Assembly (NCBI GenBank): GCA_029856105.1
Contig: JAHQWH010000015.1
Span: 64,001 to 128,000 of the forward strand
Reading direction: 5' to 3'
DNA from: Promethearchaeia archaeon
Lineage (GTDB): Archaea; Asgardarchaeota; Lokiarchaeia; Sigyniarchaeales; SOKP01
DNA: 64,000 bases
The position numbers and the translations under genes were made by a program. This document shows, piece by piece, positions 31,740 through 41,869 of this stretch (position 1 is the first letter of the stretch; each line of letters begins with the position of its first letter). Under the pieces are notes generated by a model. The model worked only from the letters and a program-made list of their open reading frames with translations. It was not told where the DNA came from and ran no database searches.

Positions 31740-32630
31740 ATGGCTAAAGTTGAAGAAGAATATAAACTGTTTCCTGGTTGCACTATTGGCAACAGAATTC
31801 CGTTCATAGAAGCTAGCGCCCGTAAAGTATTTGATAAGCTAGGAATAAAGACTTCTGACGCTGCTTTTGCGTGTTGTCCCGATCCAGTTGGCTTTAATTC
31901 TGTTGACCATACGAGTTGGTTGGCAATGGGCGCTCGTAACCTAACGCTTGCCGAAGCTGAAGGAAAAGATATTGTTTCGCTATGTAATGGTTGTTTTCAA
32001 ACCCTAAAGCTCGTGAATGTAGAGTTAAACCACAACGAACACGAAAAAGAAAAGATAAACAAAATTTTAAAAGAGGTTGGAAAAGAATTCAAGGGTTCAA
32101 TTAACGTAAAGCATTTTGTAGAGGTCTTACACGATTACGGTCCCGAGAAAATAAAAGAATTTGTTACTCACGATTTTTCAGGGTTAAAAGTTGCGTGCCA
32201 CACAGGGTGCCATTATAATAGGCCTTCTGAAATTGTTCAAACGGACGACCCAATGGAACCTGTAAAATTAAGGGAATTAGTAGCTGCAACAGGAGCAACA
32301 CCAATAGATTACGCCGAAGAGATGCTTTGTTGTGGTTCTGGTGTTGGTAACGCTGAAGAAGCACCATCGATGCAAATGTTAGCAAATAAATTTTCTAGCG
32401 CGGTAAAGGCTGGGGCGGATGTTTTTGTCGTTATTTGCCCCGCTTGTTTCCAACAAATGGATACCAACCAAAAGAAAGCAGGAACTCAATCTAATAACGA
32501 ATTTAAGATACCAATCTTATATTTAACCGAATTATACGCTTTAGCTTTCGGAATGAACCCCGACGAACTTGGATTAAAGTTTCACCGTGCTAGACTAACG
32601 GAATTTCTAGAAAAAAACGGGCTTAAATAA
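31740..32630 (+). CDS. hdrB: Heterodisulfide reductase subunit B
   Basis: FPGC, CCPDP, ARNL, CNGC, HTGCH..RP, CCG, CPACFQQMD. Confidence 0.93.
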   Translation: MAKVEEEYKLFPGCTIGNRIPFIEASARKVFDKLGIKTSDAAFACCPDPVGFNSVDHTSWLAMGARNLTLAEAEGKDIVSLCNGCFQTLKLVNVELNHNEHEKEKINKILKEVGKEFKGSINVKHFVEVLHDYGPEKIKEFVTHDFSGLKVACHTGCHYNRPSEIVQTDDPMEPVKLRELVAATGATPIDYAEEMLCCGSGVGNAEEAPSMQMLANKFSSAVKAGADVFVVICPACFQQMDTNQKKAGTQSNNEFKIPILYLTELYALAFGMNPDELGLKFHRARLTEFLEKNGLK

Positions 32631-32649
32631 TTTATTTTAATAATATATT

Positions 32650-33963
32650 TTATTTTAAAAAGCCATATGAGTTGAACCCGTCTATTTCATAAATTTTAAT
32701 TTTAACAAATTTCCCAAAATCTCCTGTATAATCCTCTACAAACACATTTTTATAAGCGATATTTCTACCAAAAGCTTGATTTGGTTTAAGTCCTTCATGC
32801 AATACTAAAATTTCCCCTTCCCAATTTTGCCATTTTTCGTTTATTGTAATCAAGGATTCCCTGAAAATTTTTGATAGTCTAATTGAACGTTCCTTGATTA
32901 CTCTGCTATTAACTTGTTCCATATCCTTTGCTTTTGTTCCTGGTCGTGGAGTAAATTTTGAAATGTTGAGAATTTCGGGTTTTAGCCATTTAATTAAATT
33001 TATAGTTTGATTAAAATCTTCTTCGGACTCTCCCGGGAAACCACATATTATATCCGTCGAGATGGTCATGTAAGAAAATTCTTTCCTCAAAATTTTTAGC
33101 TTTTCTGCTATATCTGAAATTAGGTAAGGACGGTTCATTTTTTTGAGAACAGCATCGCTTCCAGATTGAATGGGGATATGTAAAAATTGGTACACTTTAT
33201 CAAGTTTGAAAATAGAAATTAATTGATCAAAATTATCAACAATAAACTTTGGATTTAGCATTCCAATTCTTAAGAAGAACTTGTAATCCAAATACACAAT
33301 GTCTCGAACTAAATCGACTAATCTCGTGTTATTATATATATAAGTACTACAATCCTGAGATGTTAAGTATATTTGCTTAATTCCTTGTTTTAACTGATGT
33401 TTTACATTCTCTACAATATTTATCGGATCATAACAGTTTAATCGACCCCTAGCGTTTTTAACGCAGCAATAAGTACAAGAACCTAAACATCCCTCCGAAA
33501 TTGGCACAATTCCAGTAATTTTTTCTTTAGGGTGTTCGATTAAAAATGTTGATTTGTCAATCGAACTTTTGGACTTAAAAACGAGATTATTTTTTCCAGA
33601 TTTGATATCTTGAAAAATTAAAGGAAGGTCGTTTAAATTATCTAAACCAATAATAGCAGAAAAGTTTGGGATTATTTTTTTGACCACATCAATATAATTG
33701 GGTTCTATATGTGGTAAACAACCCGCGATGATGAAATATTTATTTGATTCTTTTTTGTAAGTGTTATACAATTCTTTCAGACGAGATTTTATTTTATTTT
33801 CGGTTTGTTGCTTTACGGCACATGTATTAATTATTACGAATTCAGCGCCTTCAAGCGTTGTTTCAGTGTATCCCGATTTAAATAAAAGGTTAGAAATAAT
33901 GTTGGAATCCGCCTTATTTGACGTACATCCGTAAGTTTCTATGTAAAATAAATTCTTTTCCAT
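32650..33963 (-). CDS. tRNA methylthiotransferase (archaeal/eukaryotic MtaB-CDKAL1 type radical SAM)
   Basis: ETYGCTSN, NTCAVK, SEGCLGSCTYC, HIPIQSGSD, TDIICGFPGE, C-terminal TRAM-like region. Confidence 0.9.
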   Translation of the reverse strand: MEKNLFYIETYGCTSNKADSNIISNLLFKSGYTETTLEGAEFVIINTCAVKQQTENKIKSRLKELYNTYKKESNKYFIIAGCLPHIEPNYIDVVKKIIPNFSAIIGLDNLNDLPLIFQDIKSGKNNLVFKSKSSIDKSTFLIEHPKEKITGIVPISEGCLGSCTYCCVKNARGRLNCYDPINIVENVKHQLKQGIKQIYLTSQDCSTYIYNNTRLVDLVRDIVYLDYKFFLRIGMLNPKFIVDNFDQLISIFKLDKVYQFLHIPIQSGSDAVLKKMNRPYLISDIAEKLKILRKEFSYMTISTDIICGFPGESEEDFNQTINLIKWLKPEILNISKFTPRPGTKAKDMEQVNSRVIKERSIRLSKIFRESLITINEKWQNWEGEILVLHEGLKPNQAFGRNIAYKNVFVEDYTGDFGKFVKIKIYEIDGFNSYGFLK

Positions 33964-34154
33964 ATTTTTTAAAATCTGTACGAGTATATAACTATTAAAA
34001 TGATATATGCGTAAAAAGTTTTTATTAAGGAGTAAAGTAATAATTTTTCAAATCAAGAAATAACGATCTTCTTTAAATAAAGGAAATTTTTTTAATTAAA
34101 CTAATCTATTATTAGAATTAGAATTAATATATTTTAATTAATCAGTGGAAAATT

Positions 34155-34601
34155 ATGACAAAGTACATTTACTGTAAAGTTTGCGATAAAGAAATCGATC
34201 ACGCCGTAAAAAAGCCAATGGAAACTTTTCAGAAAATAATATGGGTGATGTTAACGATTGCAACAGTAGGAATCGCGGGTATCGTTTTTGCTTTTTATTA
34301 CATGAATAAGAAGAAGGTTTATTGTCCTACCTGTCGAGCTAAAGTAGATTTTTCAAAAAAACCACATAAAAAACCTGAGGAAGAAACGGAGCCGCTCACC
34401 ACAAAAGAAAAAATTCTCAAAAAAGCTGGAGAAAAAATAGAAGCTAAGAAGAGAGCAGAAAAGGAGGAAGAAGAAGCGCCATCGGAAATAACCGATGAGA
34501 AAAAAGAAGATCAAACATTTTGTCCCTACTGCGGAGAAGATATAAAACCCGACGCTGTGAAATGTCCATATTGCCATTCTTCACTAAAAACACCTTATTA
34601 A
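34155..34601 (+). CDS. Zinc-knuckle membrane protein with LITAF-like layout plus C-terminal double zinc ribbon
   Basis: CKVC, a ~23-aa hydrophobic stretch, CPTC, a charged linker, then CPYC-x10-CPYC. Confidence 0.75.
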   Translation: MTKYIYCKVCDKEIDHAVKKPMETFQKIIWVMLTIATVGIAGIVFAFYYMNKKKVYCPTCRAKVDFSKKPHKKPEEETEPLTTKEKILKKAGEKIEAKKRAEKEEEEAPSEITDEKKEDQTFCPYCGEDIKPDAVKCPYCHSSLKTPY

Positions 34602-34735
34602 TTTTAATTTTTAGAATCTTATCAATTAAGTATTATTTAATAATTAAATAGTAAAAATTCAAATAAACTAAAAGACATATAATATAATAAAAATTTGAAA
34701 ATCTAATTAAAAATATTTGATAGAGTGAAAAAATT

Positions 34736-35506
34736 ATGCCAAGAAAACCAAGAAAAGAACCAACGAGAGCAGCTAATCCCTTAGACGAGTATTCAACTTG
34801 GGATTTACGCATTGCTAAAACGATTTACTACTCAATTATAGTTTCTTCAGCAACCACGATTTTAGGTATTTGGCTAACGATTATTGGATGGTTAATAGAA
34901 TCGGGTAGATGGGATAAGATAGCAGATTTGGGTGCAGGTGTCGTCGCTTTAATTATCGTTGGGATAATCGTGTTACATATGTTTTTACTCGTCCTATTTT
35001 ATATTTTATTTCGAGGAGGTATACTTAGATTATGCCAGAGACTCTTCAAGGATAGAGTATTAGCCAAGAAGTACGAAGACTACACAACGCTAAGACTTTT
35101 AATAGCAGTAACACTAATTAGTGTTTATTTATTTCTCATAACATTATTTGTCGTAATAGTTCCTTCATTTTTCTTAGAAATCGTTAGTGCCTTTTGGTAT
35201 TACATTATAACGCATTTCAACCCTGGAGAGTGGGTTTTGTTTGTCGGTTTAATGCTATTTATTATTGTGATGCTTGTGTATGTGGGTTTTGCTATTTGGA
35301 ACCATGGAGTCTTTATCGTGCTCAAACGCGTTAAAAGAATAGAAGAAGAAGAAGAAATCGAAGAAGAGATTAAAAGGGAAGAGTTAAAAGGGGAAGACGA
35401 CGAAAGTCTTCAAAAAGTCTACGAGAAACAAACTGGAAAAAAAGCGATGTATCGAGGAAAAGAAACTAAAGCGTACAAGTCTTGGAAACGCAAAATGTTG
35501 AGCTAA
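34736..35506 (+). CDS. Hypothetical 4-TM membrane protein
   Basis: Four hydrophobic helices and an acidic coiled-coil-like C-terminal region. Confidence 0.78.
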   Translation: MPRKPRKEPTRAANPLDEYSTWDLRIAKTIYYSIIVSSATTILGIWLTIIGWLIESGRWDKIADLGAGVVALIIVGIIVLHMFLLVLFYILFRGGILRLCQRLFKDRVLAKKYEDYTTLRLLIAVTLISVYLFLITLFVVIVPSFFLEIVSAFWYYIITHFNPGEWVLFVGLMLFIIVMLVYVGFAIWNHGVFIVLKRVKRIEEEEEIEEEIKREELKGEDDESLQKVYEKQTGKKAMYRGKETKAYKSWKRKMLS

Positions 35507-35658
35507 ACTCAAAAAATAAAAAAGATTCTTTCTTATTTTTTTTCTTAATTTTTTATTAATTTTTAAATAAGTATTAAATTGTTTATCTGCTTGTAAAAGT
35601 CTTTTTAAAAAAATTAGAAAAAATAAAAAAGTTTATTATAGTTTGTTAAAAGTAAAAT

Positions 35659-36570
35659 TTACCTTCTCATCATTCTGGGGTTGCGGAAAAGGTCAAGCTC
35701 AGTTTTAGGTATCTTGTAATCCGTAGTACCTGTTGATTTCATCTTTTTATACAATCTTTTAATTATTTTTTTAGCCTCGTCCATAAAGTTACAAGCCAAG
35801 CCAAAAAGTATCATGTAGCGCATAAAAGTTTTGTCTTTTGCGTAATCTTCGTCGAAGATTTCAATAACATATTCTTTTTGTATAGGATGCCCATCTACTC
35901 TCGCAATTACTTTCTTTCCGATTAAAAATTTATAGTTCCTCCCGGGACCGATAACTCCTTTTGCCAAAACCATTTGTAGCTTATCGCCTTTTTCTTCGGG
36001 AAGGAGGGGGAACGTCCAACGTGAACCCCAGAATCTCCATCCTCTTACGAATCGAATTAAACTTTTTACTCCTGGGACTTGTGCGTAAAAAACCGGTCCG
36101 GGGTGTTTAATTTCAAAACTCTGAATGAGAGAATGAGCTATGCTTAACTCTATTCCCCCTTTAAAATTACCACCTTTAGCCGTTGATTCCATGGTCTCTT
36201 CCATAATCGTAAAATAGCGGCATATGAGTCTTTTCTCCTCTAACGGGTTCTCTTCCCATTGCTCCTTATTAAAAGCAATGATATTTTTCTTTTGGCCGTC
36301 TATTTCAATTACGCCTTCGATATCGAAGTTTTTAGAGAACCAACGTGTTTTTGCGGTGTATTTGAGCTGTTGATGTATGCCCAATTCCTCGTCGTGCAAA
36401 CGAGTTCTCCAAAAATTGACTTTTATCTTTTTATAAACAGTTTTTCCTCGGGGTTTTTGAACTTCCTCACCTTTTTTTGGTGCTGGTGCTTTTTTTTTTT
36501 TAGTAGGAACAGCCCTTGCCTTCGCTCTTGCCTTTCTCGTTTTATTATCTTCTTCAGGATCATTTTCCAT
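35659..36570 (-). CDS. Hypothetical protein, possibly Tubby-C/LURP-one/scramblase-like
   Basis: Basic disordered N-terminus and beta-rich body ending ARVDG...EYVIEIFD..YAKD...MILF (strands then a buried helix). Confidence 0.55.
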   Translation of the reverse strand: MENDPEEDNKTRKARAKARAVPTKKKKAPAPKKGEEVQKPRGKTVYKKIKVNFWRTRLHDEELGIHQQLKYTAKTRWFSKNFDIEGVIEIDGQKKNIIAFNKEQWEENPLEEKRLICRYFTIMEETMESTAKGGNFKGGIELSIAHSLIQSFEIKHPGPVFYAQVPGVKSLIRFVRGWRFWGSRWTFPLLPEEKGDKLQMVLAKGVIGPGRNYKFLIGKKVIARVDGHPIQKEYVIEIFDEDYAKDKTFMRYMILFGLACNFMDEAKKIIKRLYKKMKSTGTTDYKIPKTELDLFRNPRMMRR

Positions 36571-36786
36571 ACTTATTCACTCTTCCATTATTTTATTCTT
36601 GTATTAAAATTAAATTTTTTAGATAGCTTTTAATTTTTTCTTAATAAGACTTTTTTTTCTTAAGAATTTTATTAGTTATACAAATATTGTTTGAAGTTAA
36701 TAATTTTATCGTTTTAAGTTAACAATTTTTAAGCAAGATATCCGTTAAGAAAAGAGAAAAGATATTACAATTAACTAAATACTAAA

Positions 36787-39555
36787 TTAAAGTTGAATTT
36801 CACAAGACTCCGAATCACAGAACTTACTTCCTATTGCTCTGTCTTTTGTTTTATCCAAATCTAAAGGTTTAAGTTTTGAAATCATTTCCTCGAATTTTTC
36901 TTTTGTGATTTCTTCGTAAGGAGCTTGTTTATAGCCGTGTTCTTTAATCGGTAGAAAACTTACGCTTTTTAGCTTATCCTCAAAACACTCCAACACGTGT
37001 TTAATCTGATTTGCCTCGTCTTGTTTAAAAGTAATCGTTATTGACACTTGGTTGTCGGACCAATATTTTTGATAGTCTGCGGCATTTTCCGCTTGTTCCC
37101 ATATAGAAACATCGTCCTTGGAACGTTCGAATAATTGTTCGTGGACAGGGAATTCGACTACTATAGTATTAGGAGAATAAGAATCTTCCTCTATGTAATA
37201 ACCCGCATTTTTAATGGGTTCTATCAAATCAGAATTAGTTGAAATGCGAATTCTTCTAATATAGTATTCTGAATGAGGATAATGAATTCCTGGAGGTACT
37301 CCCGGAAGTAAGCTAACGGTTCCGCTCGGTTTAACCGTTGTGATTTTTATCGATTTTGGGATACACAACCAATCGGAATAATCCTCGTCCAATTCCCGTA
37401 TATATTTATAGCCTTTATCACACCAGTCTAACATAGTCCTTCTCCCATGTTTCACAAAAGCTTCAATTATTCCCGTTTGTGAAATTCCCATTCGCCTATT
37501 CTTAAGCATAACTGCGTTAGTTTCTTGCCAATGCGTATTTACGAGCGTTACAGATTTGGCGTACAAATAAGCGGACTTTAGAGTGTCTTGATACTCTTTG
37601 TATGATTCATGCCTTGAAGGGAAGGTCTCCACAAGGCAGCAAAGCTCGAATGACTCCAACGTCTGTTCTCCGCAATTCGCTGTAAAAATCATTTCTAATT
37701 TTGGTCTATTTGTTTTAGTTTTCTTCTCATTTAATACGATTCCATAATTATGGTAGTCGTCTACAGTACCATTATAAACAACATCATATCCTAATCGTTT
37801 AACTGAGGCTATTTTATGATTATAAATTAAGCCATTTTCAATTAGCAATTCAGCTATTTTTTTAGCATATTGCTTATTCTGTGTTATTTTTTTAGAGCTT
37901 ATTTTAGGGATTCCAGAAATCATAAGACTATCTCCAATTCTTAAATCTCGCGCTTCAACTTGTAACATATCCCTTAGAAAAAATTTATGATTTCCTGTGC
38001 ATTTTATTGTGCTATCATCATCTAATTTTACTTCATATATTTTCTCATTATAGCCTGTAATTCTTGGATTTCTCATCATTCTTATTGCTGTTAATCCTTT
38101 ATCATCTTTACAGTACACAGGAACATCGTTTCCTTCTTCTGCCAATAATTTTATTGCTACAGCATTCCTACCATCAGCGACAGCAATCAATGTATTACCT
38201 GTAATGCAAGGGTTTACGCCAGCAGCTTTCTTATCTTTATGATCTGGCGGGTTTCCCATTCGAGAATATGCTTTTGCGTTTTCTACCCAAAGAATTCCAG
38301 GTTCTCCATTCACAGCAATCTGATCTGCTATGAAAGAATAGTCTAATCCTTTTACTGCGAATATGCTGTTATTGCTTGCCCATCTATGCGAATATAGTTT
38401 TTCTTTGTCTTGTTTGCACTTAATGAACTCTAAATCGGTGGCTTCCCCTAAGGCTATCTCAGCGCTGCGCCTAACATTGCCTGCGACGACGCATTTTCCA
38501 ATGAGATTCATAATATCCAAAATATCAAGTGATCTTATTGGTTGACCAATTCGAGCTTCTAAGATTTTTTGAATATTCATCAACATATCCTTTAAAGGGT
38601 CTGGACCGCTGGCAATTCCTCCAAAGCCTCTAATTGGCTGACCTGCAGACCTGATTAAGCTAAAATCAAACTTTGGAATTCGCTTACCTAAAAGATACGC
38701 TTCTATAACAAGTTTAAGTGCTTCCACCCAACCTTCTCTGCTATCGGGTATTTGAAAAGTAAAATGATCTTCTATAGGTTTTTTAATTGTAATTTTACCC
38801 GCTCCTTTCGTATCAAAACCGACCCCCACACCTAACATTAGCGCATCCATCACGAATTGAAACGCTTTCGAGTATTTTAAGTTAATATCGTCGGTAGAGG
38901 CAAAACCACAGTTATTGAGCGACATAGAACCGTGCCGCGCGATAAATTCGGTCCCCATCATCCATAATCCTCGACCAGGTGGCAGAAATTTAAAATTCCA
39001 GATTTTATCGTACATTATTTGAGCAGATTTCTGAGCTTTAGCATCGGTCCAAGGTAAACTTAACTTAATACAGTGCTCCTTTTGGATTGAATAACAACCT
39101 TCGACAACTCTTCTGATCGTTTCCCAGAACTCTTCTTTTCTGTTCTCTCCTTCTACAACTCTTGCGTAGGTTCTTTTGTACGTAATATACCCTAAAGGCC
39201 CCCAATCAGGTTGTTTCCCTATAAATTTAGCAAGAAAATTGTCGTCTAATGTGAAAGATATATTTTCCAAATTAATAGCTCGCGCGAACAGATTTCGATA
39301 TTTATTTAAACCTCGTTGGGTTAGCTCGACACACACTAATTCTCTAATGTAATTAGTAGTGATCTCGTCAACTCCTAAACCAATAATTATTCGAATAACA
39401 TCTTCCGTAACTTTTTCCGCAATGTTTATATCAAGACCAGTTTCTTTGTTTAATACTTTTGCTATGTTAGAAACTTCGAATTTTTTCTTTTCGCCTTTCG
39501 AGTTTATTACATATTTTGGATACAAATCTACTAATGAAAACGAATTATCAGTCAT
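36787..39555 (-). CDS. nrdJ: Class II (adenosylcobalamin-dependent) ribonucleotide reductase with N-terminal ATP cone and an intein
   Basis: TYKRTYAR, PPGRGLW, NNC, GVGVGFD, VVAGNVRRSAE, NP[intein]CGE, TTVKPSGT and C-terminal CDSESC. Confidence 0.93.
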   Translation of the reverse strand: MTDNSFSLVDLYPKYVINSKGEKKKFEVSNIAKVLNKETGLDINIAEKVTEDVIRIIIGLGVDEITTNYIRELVCVELTQRGLNKYRNLFARAINLENISFTLDDNFLAKFIGKQPDWGPLGYITYKRTYARVVEGENRKEEFWETIRRVVEGCYSIQKEHCIKLSLPWTDAKAQKSAQIMYDKIWNFKFLPPGRGLWMMGTEFIARHGSMSLNNCGFASTDDINLKYSKAFQFVMDALMLGVGVGFDTKGAGKITIKKPIEDHFTFQIPDSREGWVEALKLVIEAYLLGKRIPKFDFSLIRSAGQPIRGFGGIASGPDPLKDMLMNIQKILEARIGQPIRSLDILDIMNLIGKCVVAGNVRRSAEIALGEATDLEFIKCKQDKEKLYSHRWASNNSIFAVKGLDYSFIADQIAVNGEPGILWVENAKAYSRMGNPPDHKDKKAAGVNPCITGNTLIAVADGRNAVAIKLLAEEGNDVPVYCKDDKGLTAIRMMRNPRITGYNEKIYEVKLDDDSTIKCTGNHKFFLRDMLQVEARDLRIGDSLMISGIPKISSKKITQNKQYAKKIAELLIENGLIYNHKIASVKRLGYDVVYNGTVDDYHNYGIVLNEKKTKTNRPKLEMIFTANCGEQTLESFELCCLVETFPSRHESYKEYQDTLKSAYLYAKSVTLVNTHWQETNAVMLKNRRMGISQTGIIEAFVKHGRRTMLDWCDKGYKYIRELDEDYSDWLCIPKSIKITTVKPSGTVSLLPGVPPGIHYPHSEYYIRRIRISTNSDLIEPIKNAGYYIEEDSYSPNTIVVEFPVHEQLFERSKDDVSIWEQAENAADYQKYWSDNQVSITITFKQDEANQIKHVLECFEDKLKSVSFLPIKEHGYKQAPYEEITKEKFEEMISKLKPLDLDKTKDRAIGSKFCDSESCEIQL
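37675..38208 (-). mobile_element. Mini-intein (178 aa, no homing endonuclease) in the nrdJ active-site NPC motif
   Basis: Begins CITGNT, block B CTGNHKF, block F VYNGTVDDYHNY, ends FTAN before CGE. Removing it restores NPCGEQ. Confidence 0.92.
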
Positions 39556-40002
39556 TATTTTACTCCTTAATTGCGATAATGGTTAATACATTAATTTTAT
39601 CGGCGTTATACAAAATATCTAAATTTTGAGTGCCTTAACCTAATTTTTAATTTAAGTTATAATATAATATAAAATTATTGATTCAATCTTATTAAGCGAT
39701 TGATGAATCTGTTAAAATCTTGCGTATTTCATATAATTTTACATCTACTATTCAATTACCCAATTAGTTTAAATTTTTAACGATTAATCTATATTACATC
39801 TCCTATGGTTTTCTAATCTATTTACGTCGGTTTTTTTAACATATAGAAACCATCATTAACAATATGTTTTTATTGATTAGCACATTTAAAAAAAAATTGA
39901 AATTGATTACAATATTATTAATATTAATAATTTTAAATTCGATTTAGAAAGTGCAAATACTAAAAATAATTGATTTTAACGATAATATTGGTGTAGTAAA
40001 AA

Positions 40003-40956
40003 TTGTTAGACGAAATTGAACCGCCTGATATGAATGACTCTGATGGTGAAGTTGCTAAAGAAAAAATAAAACTCCAATTCCATTGGTATTTGAGTATATT
40101 TTTTGTTATATACTATTGTTCATATGTAATACCGGGAATTGTCTTTATGATGTATGTGATATTAGTTTTTATCCCTCTCTTTTTAAGGGTAGATAACTTG
40201 TTTGTTGTCTTTACGAACCTTGATTCTTTAATAGCTTTTTTAGCCTTACCGTTAGTTCTTATTGTGAGTTATTTAATCCACTTATTTTTAATAGGTTTGA
40301 TCTCGCGAATTTTCTGGAGATACACTGAAAAAATCTCACCAAGTAAAGACGGCGTCATTCCAAGAAACATCCCTTCTAAAACGGCTAATTTATACCATAT
40401 AAGATCCTTTATGATTAAATACGGAAAGAATGCTTTCATGAAAGGGATATTCCCGTGGCTTTCCAATTGGTTCTTCAACTTCGTAGGAACAAGCGTGATT
40501 GCAAAGGGCTCTACACTCGAGGAATCAGTAGTTACGGATAGAAACGTAAATGTCGGAAAAAACTGCTATATTGGAGTTAATTCGGCGCTCTCTAGCCATT
40601 TTGTCGAGGGAATCTTCGGAAATATAGTGTATTTCGAAATAAAGCTAGGAGAAAACGTTACTTTAGGAGGTTTTAATAACATTGCGCCAGGATGCGAGCT
40701 AAGAGATAATTCGTATTTATTGCCAATGGCAGCAGCAACTAAGCACAATTTACTGAAAGGAGATAACTACTACTTTGGTATGCCTTTACGCAGGATATTC
40801 AGGAAGAAAGTTATGAATTACTTAAAGATTAGCGAAGATAATTTAATTCAAGCTGAAGAATTAAGAGTTAAGCAGGAAAACGCAAAGTTAGAAAGGATAC
40901 AAAAAGAAGTAGAAAAAAATGAAAAAAAAAAAGTAAAAAATGAAGGCGTGAGATAA
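40003..40956 (+). CDS. Membrane protein with 2 TM plus left-handed beta-helix (acyltransferase-like) domain, type A, copy 1
   Basis: Hexapeptide repeats (VGKNCYIG, LGENVTLG), SSHFVEG, YFGMP. Confidence 0.8.
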   Translation: MLDEIEPPDMNDSDGEVAKEKIKLQFHWYLSIFFVIYYCSYVIPGIVFMMYVILVFIPLFLRVDNLFVVFTNLDSLIAFLALPLVLIVSYLIHLFLIGLISRIFWRYTEKISPSKDGVIPRNIPSKTANLYHIRSFMIKYGKNAFMKGIFPWLSNWFFNFVGTSVIAKGSTLEESVVTDRNVNVGKNCYIGVNSALSSHFVEGIFGNIVYFEIKLGENVTLGGFNNIAPGCELRDNSYLLPMAAATKHNLLKGDNYYFGMPLRRIFRKKVMNYLKISEDNLIQAEELRVKQENAKLERIQKEVEKNEKKKVKNEGVR

Positions 40957-40957
40957 A

Positions 40958-41869
40958 ATGAATGAAGATATAGAAAATGAGAATAAAAGCTCTGAAAACA
41001 TAGATGATGACTCTGACTTTAACATTGATTTTACTACGAGTTCTGCTATTAACAGAGTTAGTCTTAAGTTTTTAATAGTATATATACCAATCTTTTGGTT
41101 TTCAGGTATTATTGTAGCAACTTTTTGGTACGGCTACACTGTGGGTACAGAACCATGGATTATTAAATTGTTATTTTTACCCATTTTATTGTTAGCATTT
41201 ATGTTTCTTTTCATTATTAGTTGCTTCTTTTTTAGTAAGCTTCTGTTAATTTTAATAAATTTAATACACCTTCCCAAAGAAGGAATTTTCCGAACTGAGA
41301 AGGGCGACACGGATTTTGAATTTTGGAGATTAAGAAACGAAATAAAAAAAATTGTTTTGTGGTTGATAAGAAACTGGCCTCTACCTTGGATAGACGTATT
41401 AGCTTTTCGCTGGTTTGGGGTAAATATGGATTTTTCGAGCCACTTGAACGATGCGTGGTGCGACGCTGAATTTATTAAGTTTGGAAACAACGTAACAATC
41501 GGCCAAGGGGCCGTTTTAATGAGCTCAATGGTTGTAGGTAATTATCTAATCATTAAAAGAATAACATTCGAAGATTTCTCCCTTGTTGGAGGACAAAGCA
41601 CGATTGCTCCTGGAACTCACTTTGGAAAAGACACTGTTTTAGGTGCGGTATCAGTTACCACTCTTAATCAAAAATTAGAAGACGGGTGGATATATTCAGG
41701 TATTCCTGCTAGGAAATTAAAGCCTAATCAATACGCTGAAATGAGAAGAGATATTATACAAAAAGTAGATGTTGACGAAGAAGAAAAAACTGAAGTAGAG
41801 CACGAAGTTAATATTGACGAAGATAAAAAACATTTAATTAAAGGAAACAAGGAGGGCGTTAAAAAGTGA
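40958..41869 (+). CDS. Membrane protein with 2 TM plus LbH domain, type B, copy 1
   Basis: PKEG, FRWFGV, FGNNVTIGQGA, IAPGT, WIYSGIPA. Confidence 0.8.
   Translation: MNEDIENENKSSENIDDDSDFNIDFTTSSAINRVSLKFLIVYIPIFWFSGIIVATFWYGYTVGTEPWIIKLLFLPILLLAFMFLFIISCFFFSKLLLILINLIHLPKEGIFRTEKGDTDFEFWRLRNEIKKIVLWLIRNWPLPWIDVLAFRWFGVNMDFSSHLNDAWCDAEFIKFGNNVTIGQGAVLMSSMVVGNYLIIKRITFEDFSLVGGQSTIAPGTHFGKDTVLGAVSVTTLNQKLEDGWIYSGIPARKLKPNQYAEMRRDIIQKVDVDEEEKTEVEHEVNIDEDKKHLIKGNKEGVKK

Noticed and set aside
2-32630. Selenocysteine recoding in hdrA, mvhD, fwdB or mvhG (known selenoprotein families in some archaea)
   Set aside because: The relevant positions are Cys codons (DCSAC, CCNWC, VCHG) and no in-frame TGA interrupts these ORFs within the window.
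39806-39854. Imperfect inverted repeat atggttttcta...tagaaaccat between nrdJ and the LbH operon
   Set aside because: Single occurrence in very AT-rich DNA. It cannot be distinguished from chance or assigned to a regulator.
40940-40970. Frameshift or readthrough joining A and B in copy 1 (a broken fusion gene)
   Set aside because: B has its own ATG, A ends in a distinct charged tail, and the linker differs from the copy 2 fusion. A genuine split gene is more likely, though reads should be checked.
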